Positions 56,320 to 64,000 of a stretch of 64,000 nt of DNA are shown here, in pieces. Under the pieces are notes generated by a model. That model worked only from the letters and a program-made list of their open reading frames with translations, was not told the origin of the DNA and did no database searches. Source of the stretch: Eledone cirrhosa (Eukaryota); assembly GCA_964016885.1 (NCBI GenBank), contig OZ024743.1:83204001-83268000 (forward strand), read 5' to 3'. The stretch's first letter is position 1. Every line of letters begins with the position of its first letter. Both the position numbers and the translations under genes were made by a program.

Positions 56320-59300
56320 ACTAGACCTGAAAAATGTGCAAGCTCAAAAGAGCCACAGAATGTTATAATAAACCTTCAAAAGTGTGGGACTAGAGTTGTT
56401 GCTCAAAAATATTGTAATCATTATCTATCATGCACTCTGTGGCATCCTTTTATAAAAAAGAGACTCATAACGAACTCAAGACGACACAATAATTATTTAG
56501 ATGTTTAGTAATGATTAATACAAAATGCACTTCAACCGAATTCTATATTATAAATTCACTTAAATAATTATCATATCATCTTGAATTCGTTGAGTCTCTT
56601 TTTTATAAAAGGATGCCACAGAGTGTACGATAGATAATGATTACAATATTTTTGAGCAACAACTCTAGTCTCACACTTTTGAAGGTTTATTATAACATTC
56701 TGTGGCTCTTTTGAGCTTGTGCATTTTTCATGTCTAGTTTAATATTTTTTTAAGGCAACGCTTGTAATAGCTCTAGTTAAACATGATATATATTAATAAT
56801 AAATTATAGTTGTAATGTAATTAGATTATATAATTGTTATTTTATAAATGATCTTATAAATATTATTGTAAGATGTATTAAAATATTTTCAGACTTTTAA
56901 TATAAACAACTACAAAAAACAATCAATATTAAATAAATATATTTTACATAATAATTGTTATAGTTGAATTAATAAAAATTAAATATTACATACAAATAGT
57001 CTAACATAATAATAAAAAAATAATCTAACATAATAATAATAAAATAATCTAACATAAAACGAACAATAATATGGACATATATACAAGTAAATATACTACC
57101 AATATTATAAGCATGTTATAACGAACTGAAAAAAAATAGTTAATATAAATTTAAAAAATCATATATAAATTAACAATATAACTTACCAAAACGAGAAAAA
57201 TATTTTGATGATAAATGACGAAATACAGGAAGATTCGAAAATGAAACGATAAATAAGCGTGCAAACAAAGTAGCGGATGCTTTTGAGCCACAATTACTCT
57301 CATTGGTTGATTAGCCAATAAGACGATAAAATTAGCCAGTAAGACGATACATTACAAAACATGTTTGGAAGGGATCACCACAGCCAGCGAAACCCCTTGA
57401 ATTTTTTATTCACAAGCTATGCATATATGTCAGACATGCAAACTTAAAACATTCTGTTGTTAGTCACTGCATGTCTAACAGATATATTTATGAGTGTATA
57501 TGTATGTGTGTAGAAATTTCTGTCCATGAATATGATTGTATCTTTATTTGTGTATATGTATATCTATATGTGAGTATGTATATGTACGTGTGTCTGTATA
57601 TTTATATGTGTTCTTATATACATGTGTGCACATCTGGATATATTTTCAGTGTCTGTTCTAGATCTCTCAGTACAAATTCCACTGAGGTGAAGCTGCTTAT
57701 ATATTTTGAGGTCCATAAATGAAATACCAGTGAAATACTGGGGTTGATTCTTCCTGTTTGTCATTGTCTGTCTGTCTACTCATCTCCCTCTCTCTCTCTA
57801 TATATATATGAGCGCGACACTTGCCTCTAACTTGGACAAACCCGTCTAACCCATGCTAGCGTGGAAGATAGACATTAATCGATGATGATGATATCTAGGG
57901 ATTGTAACATTATTACCACAACAGCAGTCTGATGAGCTATTGATTTTAGAGTCAGGCTAGATCGAACCTTGAGCTGATCGATAGCAAAACGTGCTTCACT
58001 GCTCAATAAACGTAATGAAGACATGACAAACCTTCCTTTATATATATGTATATATACACACATATATATTTCTATTGGTGCTTTAAGATAGCGACGTATA
58101 TATATGAATGTACGTATTGTATATTTAATAATATACTGTATGTTTATTTAAAAACACTTTGAAGGCCTTTTGCTATGAATTTAAGGTATTGACTATAGTC
58201 ACACACCTGGCTTCAGCAAAACCAAAGGGAAATAACCAACGATTGTTTCTCACTTTTTAATGGTTAGCAAGGTTATATATCCCCTATTTTTGCTGTGAGC
58301 TGTAGAAGGTGGATTCTTATAGAATTCCAATTATGTTTATGCACTGTTTAAACTCATTAACATACAGGTTGCCTGAAGCTAGGTATGTGACGTCTGTCAA
58401 TACCTTAAATTCATAGCGCAGGGCCTTCAAAATGATTTTAGATAAACATATCATCATCATCATCATCATCATCATCGTTTAACGGCCATCTTGCATGGGT
58501 TTGGACGGGAATATTCCCACTTGAGGCAAGATTGGTTGTCTTGCTCGTATAGGACTGTCTGGCGGGTTTTCTACGGCTGGATGCCCTTCCTAACACCAAC
58601 CACGTTTACAGTGTGGACTGGGAGGCTTTTACCGTGTTACCTACACGGCCACATTACTGCGTGGACTGTGTGTTTTTTTGTCGTGACACCTACATGACCT
58701 CATTTTTTTCGGACTGGATGTTGTGGTACCAACATAACTTTACATCGAAAGGGGTGGTGTGAATGGGGTTGGGGTAGTGGGACGGGGGTGTATTTTTGTT
58801 AGAGGTGCCTAAACATACAGTATATTATTAAATATACAATACCTACATTCATATATCTATAAAACTGAGGGTCTGTGTGTGTGTGTGTGTGTGAATCCCT
58901 AAAACTCGAGAAGTACCCAACCGATTTTTTCAAACTTTACATGTGTATTACTTATGTTTCAGGGAGTATTATGCACATGAATTCAACTTTTTGATCCCCT
59001 AGGGCCCGCAGTAGGTGAAAAACTGCGTTTTTTAAGCTTTTTAGGGTTTTTTGAGGCGTTACGTCATACTGATTTCCTTGAAATTGTAACTATGTATTAG
59101 TCAGTCTCTTCTTCATACCGTGAGCAAAGAAAATCCAACTTTTTTATGGCCTAGGCCCACATTAGGTGAAAAACTTCATTTTTTCAGCTTTTAAGGGCTT
59201 TTTGGAGGCGTTACGTCTAGCCGATTTTCCCGAAATTTCAAGGGATATTATGCACATTAAAAAAATTCATTTTCTTGATCCCCTAGATTATCCAGCCATC

Positions 59301-62300
59301 AGAGTATTCAGTTTATTTTCTTTACATATTGTCCAGGCATGCAGTTTTTCCACGATTAGGTCTGTTGGCGGCCTGCATTCCAAAATATCTTCTCCCGTGC
59401 AACGCCGGATACCACTGCTAGTATATATATATAAACTTAAGAAAATTAACAAATTGAGGACCAGACAAATGAAAACATGGCAAAACGAAAAACCATTTTT
59501 TAAAGGGGAAACCGTAAAAAATAATTTTTTGAAAAGCAAAATACAAATGAAAAACACAGAACTCCAGGTTCATCAGCTGTTGAGATGGACCTTGCCAGTT
59601 TCAACCCCTACCAACGGTATTGCTTGTACACCCGGGGTGAGAGGAGGTGACAAATATTAAAATACGTTCATCAGATCTCAGACTACCTGCAGTTTCAATC
59701 TGAGATTACTGCGAAGAATAGGAGGCTCGTAAGAATGGAGAAATAAATATCTTTGTTGGTACCCATTCTATTTCTTCCAATCATTTCTTCAAGTCAACTC
59801 ACAGCCGCTGATTTCTGTCCTTCGAGGTAATGTTTTACCCAACACCACTTCGATGGTATTTTACTGTTTTAACAGCTTCCTTACGCTGAGTTTTTCTACT
59901 TTCCTACAAATTCTACATTCATATATCTATGTTTCAAAACTCGATATTCGAGTTAATATTCTTTATATATAAAAGGAAAACGAACACAGACATATACATA
60001 TGTGTTCAAATCGTAAGGGACTAGATTTGCTAAGGTGAAAAGAATACTAACTATAGACAATAGGGTTTGTAAGACTTAATTTAAGAATAAATCAAGAAAA
60101 TAAATACAAACCATAATTGCGGTAATTACCAATCAGCCGGACAGTTTTGATAATACTGTTTTGCAATATTAATTGTGAAAAGGACTACCATATTCTCGCT
60201 GATCAGCGGGTGAAGAAATGTTAGTATCCTGGTCACTTCTAAAAAAAAACTGGATAGTGTGTTTATATATAACGCACCTGGTATCAGAAGTTAGTGTGTC
60301 TCACAAACTCACACCACTAAAAATAGCAGCCGGGTTTACTCGACATTTGAATTAGCTTGACAAATTAACGGAGCCGAATATATTCAAGACATATATTGAG
60401 TTAGAAACTCAAAATAGTCTCTTACAATAAATTAGCTCTGGGAAATTGTCTATAGTTAGTATTCTTTTCACCTTAGCGAATCTAGTCCCTTACGATTTGA
60501 CCACATATATGTATGTCTGTGTTCGTTTTTCTTTTTGTTCAGTTATATTATACGGCTCGGAAAAATCTCTTTCCTAGAGCTAATTTATTGTAAGAGACTA
60601 TTTTGAGTTTCTAACTCAATATATGCCTTGAATATATTCTTTATATATATCATTTCATCATCATCATTTCATTTTACGTCCGCTTTTTCCCTGCTTGCAA
60701 GGGTGGGACGGGAACTGATTATTACTATATATATATATATATATAGTAATAATAATAAATTTGAAGACTAAAATCCAAAGAGGGCTCGATAAGGATAAAT
60801 ATATATCAAATATATAAGAACTGTAGAGCAAATATTTATTAAAATAAGAGATTAAAGTTTAAGCAAAGAATCGCTGCTTTCAACCTTAACAGGATCTTCT
60901 GAAATTAACAAAGTCAATCTGTAAACGCAGAACTGGATATTTCAAAAAACGTTGCAACCGGAGGAAGACAGGAAGACGTTACTTTGATTCGTCATTAATA
61001 GGAGCGGTGAAAAACAATTACGCGCAATGACAGAACAACGTTAATGGTATAAGAGAGGTCGTAGACTAATGTTCTCTTAGGTGGTGCATAGAGACGTTCT
61101 CTGGCAATGAACGAAAAAAACGAAGATAATACGTCATATGTGGAGCGTGGAGAACAATAGCACGCAAAGACAAAACCACGTAAATGGTATAGCAGAAGTG
61201 GTAGACTAAAATTCTAACTAGGAGACCAAGTGAATGGTAAGTTTTTGTGTATGTACGTTGCTGTTTGCATGTATGTATTTATTTATTTCTATTACTTCTG
61301 TATTGTATTTATTTACTTTGTTCTTAACTCCGTAGCGGAGATTCACACGGTCTCCTAGTTAGAATTTTAGTCTACCACTTCTGCTATACCATTTACGTGG
61401 TTTTGTCTTTGCGTGCTATTGTTCTCCATGCTCCACATATGACGTATTATCTTCGTTTTTTTCGTTCATTGCCAGAGAACGTCTCTATGCACCACCTAAG
61501 AGAACATTAGTCTTCGACCTCTTTTATACCATTAACGTTGTTCTGTCTTTGCACGTAATTGTTTTTCACCGCTCCTATTAATGACGTATTATATTCGTTT
61601 TTTCCCGATCTTTGCCACCGAACGATCCTACGAACCAAAGTATCGTCTTCCTGTCTTCCTCCGGTTGCAACGTTTTTTGAAATATCCAGTTCTGCGTTTA
61701 CAGATTGACTTTGTTAGTTTCAGAAGATCCCGTTAAGGGTGAAAGCAGCGATTCTTTGCTTAAACTTTAATCTGTTATTTTAATAAATATATATATATAT
61801 ATATATATATATTTAGGGCATGTAAAATTCCCGAGATCCATGGACGTGTTCTCTCCATCAGTCTCTGTCCCTTATCATCGCTGCCATGTCCTGCGTCTCC
61901 AAGGGACTGGTGTCTGTCCTTAGGGCATCAATATATGTCAACCTCGGTCTCCATCTTCTAGTGTGTCCCACAGGAACACTGAGTGCAGTGTCAACTCTGA
62001 ATGTCGGTGAGCATGTCCAGCTAACCTTAGTCTCCTCTGTGCTACATTTCAGGTGACTTTAGGGAGGCTCCCATACAGCTCTGAGTTCATATATATATAT
62101 ATATATAATATATGTAGTAATAAAGAGTAAATCGTATGTCTAATATTATGAGGGTTGAACCACATTTGTTTGAAATATTTAACCATGAAACAGACAGAAA
62201 GATAAAAATATATACAGACCACCTAAATAACTATTATATCTCCCAGACAGATTAGTGATTAATCTGTTTCGCCCTGGGTGTGTTTGTAACAGATAATCCA

Positions 62301-63932
62301 CGGGCATCATCAGCGAGAGAATCTGATTAAATGTGAAATATTCATTTTGTGTGACTGTTAACATTAGGTGTTTGTCGCATTTAATCAGATTCTCTCGTTG
62401 ATGATTCCCATGGATTAATTATTTGTTACAAAGACACTCAGGGTGAAACAAATTAATCACTAATCTGTCCAGGAGATATAATAGTTATTGAGGCGGTCTT
62501 TACTGTGTTTATTACTACATATATTATTATTATAATTGTTTCTACTTTAGGCACAAGGCCAGCAATTACTCAGTGCATGACTGGTACTTTATTTTATCGA
62601 CCCCGTAAGCATGAAAGGCAAAGTCAACCTCGGCGGGATTTGAACTCAGATTGTAAAGGGACGTAACTATGCTGGAAAGCATGGCGTCCGACCCTCCACC
62701 GCCCTTTTATTATTATAATGTTCAGTATTTATACTTTGAGCTTGCTAATTACAGGGTTTCAGTATGAGTTATTAACTCTACCTTTCATTTATATATATAT
62801 ATATATATCTATATAAAAACAAATAACGAAACGAAATTAAATTTCGTTTCGTTTGTAACTCACTTTTGTATGACTGATGCTTAAACAATTAAGTTAAAAA
62901 TGTACATCTACATATGCATACTGAAATACTAGTATGCATATGAATACACACACGTATACATATGTAGATGTACCAAGTCTTTCACTGGTTACTTTACTGT
63001 GAGTATCCAGCTATTCTGTATGTAAACACACAGACAAGCCGGTTTTTAGAGTCATACTGGTTTTTGAGGAAACACCTTTCCTCTATTCTCCAGAAAGCCA
63101 GACAAGGAATATTGAACTAGTTTCGTTGTTGTTACAACTCATCAGCAATATTTACCTATCTACCGGCCTTTCTGGAGAATCGTAAAAGCACATATCGTTA
63201 TATGCTTTTTCTATGAAAATTAGTAGTGGGCAGACTAATTTGCATAGAGTGTGAGTACGTACCGGTTCAACGGAGACGATAAAAACAAATAACGAAACGA
63301 AATTAAAGTTTGTCTGTGTGTTTACATACAGAATAGCTGGATACTCACAGTAAAGTAACCAGTGAAAGACTTGGTACATCTACATATGTATACGTGTGTG
63401 TATTCATATGCATACTAGTATTTCAGTATGCATATGTAGATGTACATTTTTAACTTAATTGTTTAAGCGTCTGTCATACAAAAGTGAGTTACAAACGAAA
63501 CGAAATTTAATTTTGTTTCGTTATTTGTTTTTATCGTCTCCGTTGAACCGGTACGTACTCACACTCTATGCAAATTAGTCTGCCCACTACTAATTTTCAT
63601 AGAAAAAGCATATAACGATATGTGCTTTTACGATTCTCCAGAAAGGCCGGTAGATAGGTAAATATTGCTGATGAGTTGTAACAACAACGAAACTAGTTCA
63701 ATATTCCTTGTCTGGCTTTCTGGAGAATAGAGGAAAGGTGTTTCCTCAAAAACCAGTATGACTCTAAAAACCGGTTTGTCTGTGTGTTTACATACAGAAT
63801 AGCTGGATACTCACAGTAAAGTAACCAGTGAAAGACTTGGTACATCTACATATGTATACGTGTGTGTATTCATATGCATACTAGTATTTCAGTATGCATA
63901 TGTAGATGTACATTTTTAACTTAATTGTTTAT
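56320..63932. mobile_element. Copy 2 of the fold-back/hammerhead element cluster
   Basis: HHR motifs at 57923-58003, 60134-60212, 61701-61774, 62239-62320, 63108-63152 and 63661-63705. Confidence 0.85.
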
Positions 63933-64000
63933 ATCTATATATATATATTGTTATACTTGGAGAGGGTCATATTGTTAAAATATTGCAAGAAATAATAACA

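Overview
AT-rich, repeat-dense animal genomic DNA. A coleoid cephalopod such as octopus is inferred from the [17 protein letters not shown]-type C2H2 array, (TA)n microsatellites and SINE types; this is not proven. The window holds about 1.4 periods of a ~44.5-kb tandem segmental duplication (1-~19500 recurs at ~44905-64000). Each copy carries a C2H2 zinc-finger ORF of 14 complete fingers, with further fingers beyond a shared TAA. The rest is nested, decayed transposons: Gypsy pol and a solo LTR, RTE-like and CR1-like LINEs, two tRNA-derived SINE families, Helitrons, MITEs and Penelope-like elements (PLEs). The most unusual signal, read by eye, is about nine unrelated hammerhead-ribozyme (HHR) motifs, intact, variant or decayed. 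Several lie in long fold-back elements inserted in (TA)n and packed downstream of the zinc-finger gene. One is a circularly permuted 466-nt unit with one HHR per unit, present on both strands, which resembles a retrozyme or circular-RNA template. All folds are manual and untested.
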